DNA of 55,020 bases from Chiloscyllium plagiosum (GCF_004010195.1 NC_057752.1:12036771-12091790); one strand, 5' to 3'. Shown: positions 35,187-48,180, counted from the stretch's first letter. Notes: generated from the sequence alone by a model not told the origin. A program made the numbers and translations.

Positions 35187-38100
35187 CTTTTTGTTTTGTT
35201 TAGTTATTAGAGTCATTGAGATGTACAGCACGGAAACAGACCTTTTGGTCCAACTCATCCATGCTGACCAGATATCCCGACCCAATCTAGTCCCGTTTAC
35301 TAGCACTTGGACCATCTCCCTCGAAATCCCTCCTATTCATATACCCATCCAGATGCCTTTTAAATGTTGTAATTGTACCAGCCTCCACCACTTCCTCTGG
35401 TAGCTCATTCCGGACACGCACCACCCTCTGTGTGAAAATGTTGCCTCTTAGGTCTCTTTTATATCTTTCCCCTCTCACCTTAAATCTATGCCCTCTAATT
35501 CTGGACTCCCCCACCCCAGGGAAAAGACTTTGCCTATTTACCCTATACATGTCCCTCATGATTTTATAAACCTCTATAATGTCACCCCTCAGCCTCCGAC
35601 GCTCCAGGGAAAACAGCCCCAGCCTATTCATTGTCTCCCATTAGCTCAAATCCTCCAAACCTGGCAACATCCTTGTAAATGTTTTCTGAATTCTTTCAAG
35701 TTTAACAACATCCTTCCTATAGCAGGGAGACCAGAATTGCACACAATACTCCAACAGTGGCCTAACCAATGTCCTGTACAGCCACAACATGACTTCCCAA
35801 CTCCTCTACTCAATGCTCTGACCAATAAAGGAAAGCATACCAAACACCTTCTTCACTATCCTGTCTACCTGCGACTCCACTTTCAAGAAACTATGAACCT
35901 GCACTCCAAGGTCTCTTTGTTCAGCAACACTCCACAGGACCTTACCATTAAATGTATAAGTCCTGCCCTGATTTGCCTACTTAAAATGCAGGACCTCACA
36001 CTTATGTAAATTAAACTCCATCTGCCATTCCTCAGTCCGTTGGCCCATCTGATCAAGATCCCATTTAATCTGAGGTAACCTTCTTTGCTATCCACTACAC
36101 CTCCAATTTTGGTGTCACCTGCAAACTTACTATCTATACCTCTTATGTTCACATCCAAATCATTTATATCAATGACAAAACGTAGTGGACCCAGCATCGA
36201 ATCTTGTGGCACACCCGCTGGTCACAGGCCTCCAGTCCGAAAAGCAACCCTCCACCATCTTTGAGCCAGTTCTGCACCCAAATGGCTAGTTCTCCCCATG
36301 ATTTAACCTTGCTAACCAGCCTACCATGAGGAACCTTGATGAACATCTTACTGAAGTCCACATAGATCACATCCACCACTCTGCCCTCATCAATCCTCTT
36401 TGTTACTTCAAAAAACTCAATCAACTTAGTGAGACACTATTTCCAACGCAGAAAGCCATGTTGACTATCCCTAATCAGTCCTTGCCTTTCCAAATATATG
36501 TACATCCTGTCCCTCCGGATTCCCTCCAACAACTTGCCCACCACCGAGGTCAGGCTCACCGGTCTATAGTTCCCTGGCTTGTCTTTACCACTCTTCTTAA
36601 ACAGTGGCACCACGTTGCCAATCTCCAGTCTTCTGGTACCTCACCTGGGACTATCGATGATACAAATATCTCAGCAAGAGACCCAGCAATCACTTCCCTA
36701 GCTTCCCACAGAAGGGGTACACCTGGTCAGGTTCCAGGGAGTTATCCACCTTTAGGTGTTTTAAGACATCCGGCACCTGCTCCTCTGTAATATGGACATT
36801 TTTCAAGATGTCGCTATTTATTTCCCAATGTTCTCATCTTCCATATCCTTCTTCACAGTAAACATTGATGCAAAATACTCATTTAGGATCTCACCCACCT
36901 CCTGCGGTTCCACACATAGGTGGCCTTGATAATCTTTAAGAGGACCTATTCTCTCCCTAGTTACCCTTTTACTGTTAGTAATTTTATTTGCCAAAGCTAT
37001 CTCATGTCCCCTTTTTACCCCCCTAATTTCCCTCTTAAGTATACTCCTACTGCCTTTATACTCTTACAGGGATTCACTTGATCTCTGCTGTCTGTACCTG
37101 ACATATGCCTCCTTCTCTTCTTGACCGAAACTTCAATTTCTCTAGCCATCCAGCATTCCCTACACCTACCACCCTTGTCCTTCATCCTAGCAGGAACATA
37201 CTGTCTCTGGACTCTTGTTATCTCATTTTTGAAGGTTTCCTATTTTCTAGCCATCCCTTTACCTGCAAACATCCACCCCCAATCAACTTTTGAAAGTTGT
37301 TGCTTAATACCATCAAAGTTAGCCTTCCTCCAATTTAGAACTTTAATTTCTTTATCCAGTCTATCCTTTTACAATACTATTTTAAATCTAATAGAATTAT
37401 GGTCGCTGGCTCCAAAGTGCTCCCCCACTGACACCTCAGTCACCTGCCCTGCCTTATTTCCAAAGAGTAGGTCAAGTTTTACACTTCATTCATTACACTT
37501 TATTTTACACTTCACTGAAGGGCTTTTGCCTGAAACGTCGATTCTCCTGCTCCTCGGATACTGCCTGAACTGCTGTGCTTTTCCGACTCTGATCTCCAGC
37601 ATCTGCAGTCCTCACTTTCTCCAAATTTTGCACCTTCTCCAGTATTTGCATCCACATACTGAATCAGAAAATTGTCTTGTACACATTTAACAAGTTCCTC
37701 TCCGTCCAAGCCCTGAACAGTATGCAGTCCCAGTCTATGTTTGGAAAGTTAAAAACCTGGACAATAACCACCCTATCATTCTTACAATAACTGAGATCTC
37801 CTTACAAATTTGTTTCTCAATTTCCCGCTATCGAGGGAGTCTGTAGTACAATCCCAATACGGTTCTCAATTCCACCCTGGACGTATTCCCAGGAATATCC
37901 TACCTAAGTTCAGCTGTAATGTCATTCCTAATTGAAAATTACACTCCCCCTCCTCTCTTGCCCTCGCTTTCTGTGCTTCCTATGGCATCTATACCCCGGA
38001 ACATTAAGCTGCCAGTCCTGTCCATCTCTGAGCCATGTCCCTGTAACAGCTATGACATCCCAGTCCCATGTTCCCAGTCCCATGTTCCCAACCATGCCCT

Positions 38101-39770
38101 GAGTTCATCTCCCTTACCTGTTCGGCCTCTTGCATTGAAATAAATACTGATTAATTTATCAGTCCTACCTCATTCTCTGCTTTGTTCCTGCCTGCCCTGA
38201 CTGTTTGACTAGCTCCTTTTCCCAACTCTATCAGTCTCAGTCTCTTTCCTCACTATCTCCCAGGGTTCCACACCACCTTACTAGTCTAAATACCCCCGAA
38301 AGGCTCCCCATCAATATATTAGTCCCCTTCCAATTCAGGTGCAATCCACCCTTCTTACCATCCTTCCACTCCAGATGAGATTCCAATGATCCTTCTCCCC
38401 TGCACCAGCTCCTCAGCCACACATTCATCTGCTCCTATCCTCACTAGCTCATGGCACGTGCAATAATTTAGATATTACTACCCTCGAGGACCTCTTTTTT
38501 AAAAATTCCTGCCCACTTCCGATATTCTCTCCTCAGAACCTTGTCCTTTTGTTCTTCCTATGTTGTCAGTTCCAATGTGTACAACAACCTCCTACTGGCC
38601 CCTCTCCCCTTTGAGAGTATTCTGCACCCTCTCTGAGACATCCTTGACCCTGGCACCAGGGAAACAACACACCATTCTGGTTTTTCACTGTCAGCCACAG
38701 AAATGTCTGTCTGTGCCTCTGACTAGAGAGTCCCCAATCACAGATGACCGCTTGGAACCTGAAGTACCCCTCGTTATATTACAGCCTGCCTCGGTACCAG
38801 AAACCTGGCTGTTAGTGTTGCATTACCCTGGGAGAACATCACCCCCTACATTTTCCGAGCCAGCATACTTGTTTGAGATGGGGATAGCCACAGGAGACTC
38901 CTGAACTACCTGTCTCTCTCCCCTACTTTTTCTGGAGGTAATCTGACGATATCTGCGGTTTTTCTCCCTTCGTGTAACTGCCATCCATCACACCCCTAGC
39001 TCCTGTAAATTCCTCACTGCCTCTAACTGTTGCTCCATCAATCCATGCAATCCGATGGGATTCACAACCAAACACACTTCCTGCAGACATAATCATTGGT
39101 AACATGGAAACCGTCCCTAATCTCCTACATCCAACAGGAAGAGCACATCATTCTACTAAAGGCCATCTTTGCACCTTAACCATCCACAGACCCAGAAAAT
39201 AGCACAGTCTTACTGCTCTAAAAAACACTGCTCCAGGCTAACTCAGTACCCTATGTTTTTATATTTTTGAAGTTTAATCAAGAGACAGATCTCAATAAAA
39301 ATGTATAATCAGAAAAGAGCCCACCCTACTTACTAATGCAGAGTTACAAAATAAAACTGTAAGGTTATACTTTAAAATGAACCACTTAGTCACTCCCCCA
39401 CACAGGTTTCTCCAAGGTCAGCCATGCATTTTGCTATTTATTTTACTTTGATGAACTCTGATGCCTAGAGATACTTGAAATCAAACAGCAGAGATTGTCA
39501 GTTGTGCAGATTCACTGTTGGGTCAGCCAGCAGTGTAGATTTATTTCTCAGTTTGATTCACTGACCATGTGGTCACTATCTTTGTCTCTATTCCTCCTTT
39601 TTAAAGTACCGTTGTTTTGATTTTTTTTTTCCCCCAAGTTCCAAAACACTGCAGCAGCTTATAACACAGTAATTACTGCTCCCGGAATTCGAGGAGATCA
39701 GCTCCAACACTGAAAATACCTCAAAAAAGGAGCAGCTCTTACAGTCACAACGTCTTCCCGTCCTCCATCC
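35187..39770 (-). mobile_element. Full-length decayed CR1 (5' UTR, zinc-finger/esterase ORF1, ORF2, A-rich tail)
   Basis: ORF1 ATG at 39166: MAFSRMMCSSCWM*..DYVCRKC, CCFPGARVKDV, GLHLN; ORF2 remnants 35287-38140; TSD TTTGAAGC(A/T)GT at 35176-35186 and 39771-39781. Confidence 0.9.
37485..37621 (+). mobile_element. PLE family B short repeat inserted in CR1
   Basis: Homologous to 3610-3740; imperfect TSD caagttttacac / caaattttgcac (10/12). Confidence 0.75.
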
Positions 39771-39795
39771 TTTGAAGCTGTGCTGTTGCACTTAC

Positions 39796-39912
39796 CCGGT
39801 GAAAGGATGCAGATAGCCATGAGAAGAACATGTTCTGCTTCGTGTAAATTCAGATTCTTCAAGCCGACCTGAAATTTTATCAGTGGTTCAAGCAACTCCA
39901 GGGAATGGCCAG
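39796..39912 (-). CDS. VDR: Vitamin D receptor, penultimate coding exon (117 bp)
   Basis: ttttgtag|CT GGC CAT..CCG G|gtaag; (A)[38 protein letters not shown](D); phase matches both neighbouring exons. Confidence 0.97.
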
Positions 39913-40599
39913 CTACAAAAGGGCACAAGAGGAAAGTGAAAATCGTTCTGGAGATGCATTTAAACATTCTTTTCTTTTAAATGAAAAAGTAAAAACCCAA
40001 ATGGTTAGGAAATCAGAAAATCAATGTTACAAATAAACCATCAATTAGCACCTTTTCTTGCCCTCATTTCTAAAAAACAATCTAGGTTGACAGGCTGAAA
40101 TAACGCTATAAATAAATAAGTAATGTCAAAAGCAGTGGCAATTGGTAGGTGCCTGAACAGCAAACTTTGGCTTGATAGCTTCATGCGCTGGAGATGCTTA
40201 CAACATGGCATCATGTTGGTAATGCGTTTACCTCTTGCACCTGGCAGCTCTTGGCTCTCTTCAGTGCTCATAAGGAATAGACTCGCAACTTTCTTTCAGT
40301 GGTTGGCTAGTTTGTTTCAGTGTGTGGACCCTTTAAATTCTTTGACAGATTTTACATGGCTGTGTACAAGTGGCTATTTAAGGAGGATGACCAATGCACA
40401 GTCTGTGAACTGCAGCAAGCGGCTCAGGGAAGAAACAATACCGCCAAGCCCTGGAAAACCAGACTCATTAAATTAATACGACTCTCAATCTGAGGAATAA
40501 CGGCTTATTTAAACATAATAAATCACTGACCCTCCACTCTGGAGCAAGCTATGAGGACAGCATATTTAAAATCAGAAGTAGGTGTGGTCATAGTGGGTT

Positions 40600-41948
40600 A
40601 GAACATAGAACAATACAGCGCAGAGCAGGCCCTTCGTCTCTCGATGTTGCACCGACCTGTGAACTAATCTAAGCCCATCCCCCTACACTATCCCTTCATC
40701 ATCCACATGCTGTTTAAATCTCCCTAATGTGGCTGAGTTAACTGCCCTACATTGGCAGGTAGGGCATTCCATCCCCTTACCACTCTCTGAGTAAAGAAAT
40801 TGCCTCTTACATCTGTCTTAAATCTATCACCACTCAATTTGCAGCTATACCACCTCATACAATCTGACATCATCATCCTAGGAAAAAGACTTTAACTGTC
40901 TACCCTATCTAATCCTCTGATCACCTTGTATATCTGTATCAAATCACCTCTTAGCCTTCTTCTTTCCAATGAGAACAGACCCAAGTCTCTCAGCCTTTCC
41001 TCATAAGACCTTCCCTCTACACCAGGCAACATCCTGGTAAATCTCCTCTGCACCCTTTCCAATCCTTCCTATAATGGGGCGACCAGAACTGTACACAATA
41101 TTCCAAGTGCAGCCAAACCAGAGTTTTGTATAGTTACAGCATGACATTATGGCTCCAGAACTCAATCCCTCTACCAATAAAACCTAACACACCGTATGCC
41201 TTCTTAATGGTACTGTCCACCTGGGTGGCAACTTTCAGGGATCTATGTACATGGACTTCAAAATCCCTCTGCGCATCCACACTACCAAGAATCTTTCCAC
41301 CGACCCAGTACTCTGCCTTCCTGTTATTCTTCCCAAAGTGAGTCACCTCATATTTATCTGCATTGAACTCCATTTGCCACCATTCCAACACCTCCTCCCT
41401 AGCTTCCCAGAGAATCCTCGGATAAATCCCATCTGGCCCAGGGGACTTGTCTACTTTCGCTCCTTCTAGAATTGATAGCACCTCTTCGTTACTAACCTCG
41501 ATCCTTTCTAGTCTAATATCTTATACCTACCTCATTCCTCTCCTCTACAATATTCTCCTTTTCCTGAGTGAAAACCGATGAGAAATATTCGTTTAGCACC
41601 TTTCCAATCTCCACAGGGTCCACACACAACTTCCCACTTCTGTCTTTGACTGACCCTATTCCTACCCTCGTCATCCTTTTATTCCTCACAGACCTATAGA
41701 AAGCTTTAGGGTTCTCCTTTATTCTACCTGCTAAAGACGGCTCATGTCCTCTCTTTGCTCTTCTTAACTGTCTCTTTAAATCCTTCCTAGCTAATCTGTA
41801 ACTCTCCATCGCCTCATCTGAAACATCTCGTTTCATCATCACATAAGTCTCCTTCTTCCGCTTAACAAGAGATGCAAGTTCTGTAGTAAACCACGGTTCC
41901 CTTACCTTATCACTCCCTCCCTGCCTGACGGGGTCATACCTATCAAGG
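40600..41948 (-). mobile_element. CR1 LINE fragment with an internal RT deletion
   Basis: ORFs 41513-41842 (IKENPKAFY) and 41134-41481 (KSPGPDGIYPR joined directly to WQMEFNADK); tail at ~40600. Confidence 0.92.
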
Positions 41949-42089
41949 TTGAACTCATTTGTTCAATTTGACCTCTACCCTGACCACCACCCCCAATTAT
42001 TGGTGAGACAGGGGAACGTTTAAAACGATCACCTTCCTTCCGCTCTCCCAACAACTATCAAACCCCAAAGAACGAGGCAATCCCATAAA

Positions 42090-42680
42090 CAACAGATCAG
42101 ATCTCAGCTCTGCAGTCCTGCCACATCCAGTTGTGAATGGTTCTGCTTCCTGCTGGGAGGTTCTATGCACACCGATTAGCATGGCCATGCATTGGCTTCA
42201 GCAAGCCACTGCCGCACACAGACCTTGGAGATCCATGAGAAAATATTAGAGGGATCACTGGTCGTGGGCAGCTTAAAAACACAAACAGGAGAATAAGGCT
42301 CCACAAATACCCCATCCTCAATGATTGGAGCCTCCAGCACATCAGTGCAAAACATAAGGCTGAAGCATTCACAGCAATCTTCAGCCAGAAGTGCTGAGTG
42401 AGTGATCTACCCCAGCCTCCTCTAGCAGTCCCCAGCATCACAGATACCAGTCTTCAGCAATTCACTCCACATGATATTAAGGAACTATTGGAGGCACCAG
42501 ATACTGCAAAGACTATGGTCCCTGACAATATTCTGGCAATATTATTGAAGGCTTGTGCTCCAGAACTAGCTGCACCTCTTGCCAAACTGGTCCAGTACAG
42601 CCCCAGCACTGGCATACACCAGACAATGTAAAAAGTTGCCCAGTGTGTCCTGGACATAAAAATCTGGACAAGTCCGATAT
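42090..42680 (+). mobile_element. CR1/L2-group LINE (second family) fragment
   Basis: KTMVPDNILAILLKACAPELAAPLAKLVQYS. Confidence 0.75.
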
Positions 42681-42686
42681 GGTAAA

Positions 42687-43005
42687 TAGATTAGATTAGA
42701 TTAGATTACAGTGTGGAAACAGGCCCTTCAGCCCAACAAGTCCACACCGACCCGCCGAAGCGCAACCCACCCATACCCCTACATTTATTCCTTACTTAAC
42801 ACTACGGGCAATTTAGCATGGCCGATTCACCTGACCTGCACATCTTTGGACTGTGGGAGGAAACCGGAGCACCCGGAGGAAACCCACGCAGACACGGGGA
42901 GAACATGCAAACTCCACACAGTCAGTCGCCTGAGGCGGGAATTGAACACGGGTCTCAGGCGCTGTGAGGCAGCAGTGCTAACCACTGTGCCACCGTGCCG
43001 CCCAC
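42687..43005 (-). mobile_element. HE1-type SINE, full length, CpG-rich (young)
   Basis: Reverse complement of the 15135 element with the central domain intact; (TAGAT)n tail; AAATA on both flanks. Confidence 0.92.
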
Positions 43006-43009
43006 AAAT

Positions 43010-43750
43010 AATGGAGATTAGATTACAGGAGGATATAGATGGGTTGCATAGACAGGTACATTGGTGGCAAATGGAATTTAATCCAAAAAAAAGTGGGGTG
43101 ATGCACTTATGTAGGACAAAAAAGCAAGGGAATACATGATGACCAGTTCTGAGGAAGGGTCACTGGACCCAAAACAGTAACTCTGGTTTCTCTCCACAGA
43201 TGCTGTTGAGAGTTTCCAGCAATTTCTGGGTTTTTTTCAGATTTCCAGCATCCCTAGTTCTTTCTGTGTTTATGGAGCATCAGAGAGACCTTGGCGTGCA
43301 CGTTCACTGGCCCCTTAAGGTATTAGGACAGATGGATAAAGTGGTTAAAAGGCACATGGTATACTTGCCTTTATTAGCCAAGGCATAGACTTTAAGAGCA
43401 GTGAGGTGATGCTGGAACTATATGAAACTTTGGTTCAGCTACAGCTAGAGTATTGTGTGTTGACCTGGAATCCACATTATAGGAGGGATGTGATAGCACT
43501 GGAGAGGGGGCAGAGGAGATTAACCTGGGGCTGGAGTGTTTCAGTTATGGAGAGAGTTTGAACAGAATGAGGTTGTTTTCCTTAGAGCAGAGGAAATCGA
43601 GGGAAAAAATGATTGAGATGTATAAAATTAAGAAGGGCATTGATAAGATAGGATGAAATGTTTTCCATTGATGATTAGCCAAAGGGCATAGATTTAAGGG
43701 AAGAGACAGAAGGTTTGGAGTAGATGTGAGGAAAATCTTTTTCACCCCGA
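43010..43750 (+). mobile_element. CR1 3' fragment with a PLE pLTR-type insert (~43140-43270)
   Basis: LQEDIDGL..WQMEFNPKK, QRDLGVHVH; insert starts agttCTGAGGAagggtcactggacccAAAAcagtaact. Confidence 0.8.
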
Positions 43751-43751
43751 G

Positions 43752-44550
43752 GTGCTTTAGCTGCTTCATCAATGATCTTCCCTCCATCATAAGGTCAGAA
43801 GTGGAGTTTTTCGTCGATGATTGCACAATGTTCAGCACCACTCGTGACTCCTCAGATACTAAAGCAGTCCATGTCCAAATGCAGCAAGATATGAACAACA
43901 GTCAGGATGACTAGTGGCAAGTGATAAGTAAAATTTACATCACATGGTTTGGACAATAACCATCTTCAACAAGACATCTTTGACATTCAATGGCATTTCC
44001 ATTGCTGAATCTCCCACAATCAATATCCTGGGGTTAGCATTGACCAAAAGTTGAACTGGGCTATCCATATAAATACTGTGGCTACAACAGCAGGTCAGAG
44101 ATTAGGAATCCTGTAGTGATGAACTCACCTCCTGACTCCCCAAAGCCTGTCCACAACCTACAAGCATAAGTCAGGAATGTGATGGAATACTCCCCACTTG
44201 CCTGAATGAGTGCAGCTCCAAAAACACACAAGGAGCTCATCATCATCCAGGACAAAGCAGTCTACTTGATTAGCACCGCAACCATTGCCTTCAATATTCA
44301 CTCCCTCTACCATCGACACAATAACAGCAGTGTGTACCATCTACAAGATGCACTGCAGCAACTCATCAAGGTTCCTTCGGGAGCACTTTCCAAACCCACG
44401 ATCTAAAGCACCTAGATAGACAAGTACAGCAGATGCATGTAAACACTCACAAGTACCCTTCCAAGCATCATGCCATCATGACATGGAACTATATCAATGT
44501 CCCTTCACTGTCACAAAGTGAACATCTTGGAACTCCCTCCCTAATAGCAC
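43752..44550 (+). mobile_element. CR1/L2-group LINE (second family) RT 3' fragment
   Basis: FSCFINDLPSIIRSEVEFFVDDCT; homologous to 48345-48700 on the minus strand. Confidence 0.8.
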
Positions 44551-44569
44551 TGAGAGCGCGTTTGCACCT

Positions 44570-46200
44570 GTATAATTGAAGCATAACCTCCTTATGTTTG
44601 TATTCAACTCCCCTTGTGATAGATGGTGACATTGCATTCACTTTCCTAATTACTTGATGATACCCAGATCCCTCTGCACCTCAGAGCTCTGCAACCAGTT
44701 AGAAATGCTCCTTTTTTCATTCTTCCTGGCAAAATGGACAATTTCCCATTTTTCCATGTTACACTATTTATCACATCGTTGCCCACTTATTAACCTAGCT
44801 ATATCCTTTAGCCATTATATCCTCTTCACAACTTACTTTCCTACCTATCTCTGTCTTGTCAGCAAATTTGACAACTATACCTTCGATCCCTTCATCTAAG
44901 TCATTTGTATAAACAGTTGAGGTCCCATGACCCCATCCAGCACCCCGCCCACAAAGCGGAGCACTGAATTCCCCCTGTCCGTCATGTGTTAACCAAATGT
45001 CTGCAACCAGAGAAGGAAGCTCCAGACTGACAGTCCCAGTCCAGTGCACACAGAGACGCAGGTGAATTCTGGGATATCTGCTGAGTGGTGAGTTGTTCTA
45101 AGAACGGCGCATGGTAAGACAGGGTGGAAATTGGATGTGAGAGATACCATGGGGGTAGGGTACGGAATTAATGCAGCAGGTTGGGTCAGATAGGGCGAGG
45201 GTTCTCTTGGTGACATTAGGTTTTTTTGAAGGGTTCGTCACTGCAAGGTATAGAGGGTTCTCTCTATGCCTTGCAGTGACAAACCCTTCAAAAAACCTAA
45301 TGTAACCAAGACCTACCGAAATAAAATGGAAGATTTATCCCATTCTTTTGGTTTCCTGTCTATCGTGCTGATACCATGATTAACTAACACAGTCACTTTT
45401 TCCTATTTTCTGGTCATTCCTAAACCTCCTGTGCTCTTCAAGATTCAGATCCCAATCCATGTCATTCTGCAGTTACATCTCTGTAATGGCTACCAGATTG
45501 TTCTTATTTTTATTTGCACCCTCAGTTTATCTGCTTTGTTTTGAGTGCTACTTGCATTCAGATACAGACTGTTTAGCTTTATCTTTTTACTTGCTTCATA
45601 AGTTCTAGTCTTATCATTGATTGACTCTTAGATTCACATTCTCTATCCTTTCCTGTCACGGTTGATTTATCATCTCATGTACTAATACCTCTCCTTTGAC
45701 TCTACTCTTTGATTTACCACATCTTCCCAAATTTGATCCCTTGCCATGACTATTCACTTTAAAATCCTCCCTATTTCCCTCGTTCTGCAATTGGCAAGAA
45801 CACTGACCACAACACAGTTCAGTTGTAGACCATCCCATTGATACAGATCCCACTTTCCCCAGTACTGGTGCCAGGGCTTCATGAATGAGAACCAAGTTCT
45901 CCCACACCATTCTTTCGAATCTCTGTAATCTGATTTGCCCTGTGTCAGTTAGCAAGTGGCTCAGATAATAAATAATGCAGAGATTATGACTGTTGAGGTT
46001 CTGCTTCTTAATTTAGCACCTAGTCACTCATACCAACTATGCAGAACCTCTTGTTTGTCCTGCTTATGTCACTGGTATGTACATGGATCATGACAACTGG
46101 ATCCTCCTCACCCCCACTCCAATTTTCTTCTGAGTCCTCAGCAGATGTTCTGAACCATGCCACCGGGCAGGCAACATAACCGTTTGGACTCATGCTCTTT
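44570..46200 (-). mobile_element. Old CR1 remnants (RT 44570-44925; APE start and ORF1 esterase ~45450-46200) with unrelated sequence between
   Basis: NDLDEGIEGIVVKFADKTEIG; CLYLNASSTQNKADKL near 45560; CLPGAW near 46170. Confidence 0.7.
45205..45311. repeat. Near-perfect 107-bp palindrome
   Basis: Arms 45205-45257 and 45260-45311 differ by 4 substitutions and 1 indel; 2-nt spacer. Confidence 0.95.
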
Positions 46201-47269
46201 GCTGCAGAGACAGCGTCACTCTACCTCGCTATAGTCTGCATAACTCTGGCACTCTATCGTAAGTCACACTAAGTTGGCTAGTTTTATATGCTCCCAACAC
46301 AAAAGGCCTAGCTGACTCACTTAATGAGGATCCATTTCTTAGTTAAGCTGCTCTTTCACTGGAAGCCTTGAAAAAATCTTGCTGAAGGCTGGCAACTGTT
46401 GAATTTAAAGTGTAAATGTCAGTTTAATGTCAACTATAAATCAAATTAAATTTATACAAAATAAGGGAAGACCCATCATATCCACACCAAATTTTCATTG
46501 TCCTGGCTTCTCCTTTCAATGCTGCGTGTCTTCCTTTTTTCGAAAAATAGCCTAATTCCCTTTTGAAAGCCTCAAATTAACCAGCCTCCACCACTCTCAG
46601 GCAGCACATTAGCCAAAAGATAAAGATATTCTGAACATCTCTTGATAGATTTCTCACTTTTTTTTAATTAAGATTAAGTCAAACATTTCAACTAACCTTC
46701 CCATATTTAGGGGACAGAGAGAAATATGCAGCTGGTGTGTTTGTTTGATTTTTTGAGTGGTAATTTAGTAGGTCTAATCTCTGGAGAGCCCATGCCCTAA
46801 TTCTTGGATAACCATATATGCAGGAAATGTTGTCAGCCGTGGAAACATGAGCTCCAGGTTTCAGAACGTTAGCAGCAACTGATGTCACTACCGTACATCT
46901 GCAAGATTAAGAACTTTGTGCACAGGATGCTTCTAGATGTGGTCAGCCTAAGCTTGAGAGATTGCAGGAATGGGTGACCATGAGGTTGTCAAGAAGAAAT
47001 GAGCATGTAGTACAGGAGTTCCCTGAGTGCATCCCACTCTTCAACCATTATTCAGTTCTGAATACTGGTGAGTGTGATGGTTTGGCTGTGCAGTATAGCC
47101 AGGGCCAAGTCCGTGAGAGCACAGGTAGCTCAAAATTAAAGAGTGGTTACACCAGGAAACGTTGCTGCTCATTGTCGTAAAGATCTATAGGACAGAAAGA
47201 GGCCCTTTGGCCCATCAGGACTACCCCTAACTATTCTAAGCCCATTTTCCAGCTTTCGGATCAAAAGTG

Positions 47270-48180
47270 GTATCAATGAGGATACAAAGTTGGCTGAGTG
47301 TCAGGAAACTGTAGTAGTGAATGTTTGCTCTTCAGACTAGAGGAAGGTTTATGAGTTGAGTTCCTCAGATCAGGGTCAGGATTCCTTCTATTCTTGATAT
47401 ATAATAATGACCTTGACCTTAGTGTACAGGGGACAGATTGCAGATGACAGTGGTTAGCACTGTTGCCTCACAACACCAGGAATCCAGCTTTGATTCCAGC
47501 CTTGGGGGACTGTCTATGGAGTTTGCACGTTCTCCGTGTGTCTGTGCGGCTTTCCACTGGGTGCTCCAGTTTCCTCCCATAGTCCAAAGATGTGCAGTCT
47601 AGGTGGATGAGTTATGGTAAGTACAAGGTTATGGGGATAGGCAGGGTCAATGCAGACTGGATAGCCCAAATGGCCTCTATCTGCACTGTAGGGTTTCTTT
47701 GATTCCATGATACCAAACTTGGAACTTGAATCCTTTTGGTGTAACTTCAAAAGGATAAGTGGCAGGTGACATTTAATAGAGAAGTATGAAATGAATTATT
47801 CAATTGGTAAGATGAATGCAGAGGAGTCTGGACAGAGTAGATTGGGTGAAGGGGTGCAGGCACAGACTGGGAATGATTCCCATTCATAGAATTGAGAACT
47901 GGGGGCATAGGTTTAAGGTGACTACTTAAAAAGGCAATGACACATGAGGAAAAACCTTCACACAGCAAGTGGTTATGGTCTGGAAATGCTCTGAGTGAGT
48001 ATGTTGAAGATATATTCAATTTAGACTTTGGAAAGGGAATTAGATCATCATCTAAAAATGGAAAATCTGCAGGGTTACAGGGAAAAGACAGAAGTGTGGC
48101 ACTAGGTGAAACGCTCCTTTAATATGGCCCATACAGGCACAGTGGGCACAATGTCTTCTTTCAATGTTATAACGATTCCA
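47270..48180 (+). mobile_element. Old CR1 relic containing a degraded HE1 SINE (~47447-47710, +)
   Basis: Residual WL..RK, PQ, NDLD motifs; SINE head cagtggttagcactgttgcctcacaacaccagg. Confidence 0.7.

Noticed and set aside
40123..40476. 117-aa plus-strand ORF antisense to the VDR intron
   Set aside because: No recognisable domain or splice support; length compatible with chance
42174..42186. GATTAGCATGGCC identical to part of U6 snRNA
   Set aside because: Only 13 nt; flanks do not match U6
47408..47419. Perfect AGGTCA-AGGTCA DR0 on the minus strand
   Set aside because: Lies in a CR1 relic and is not the DR3 spacing bound by VDR/RXR; no convincing DR3 was found by eye (TGACCTcatTGAAAG near 51030 has a poor half-site)
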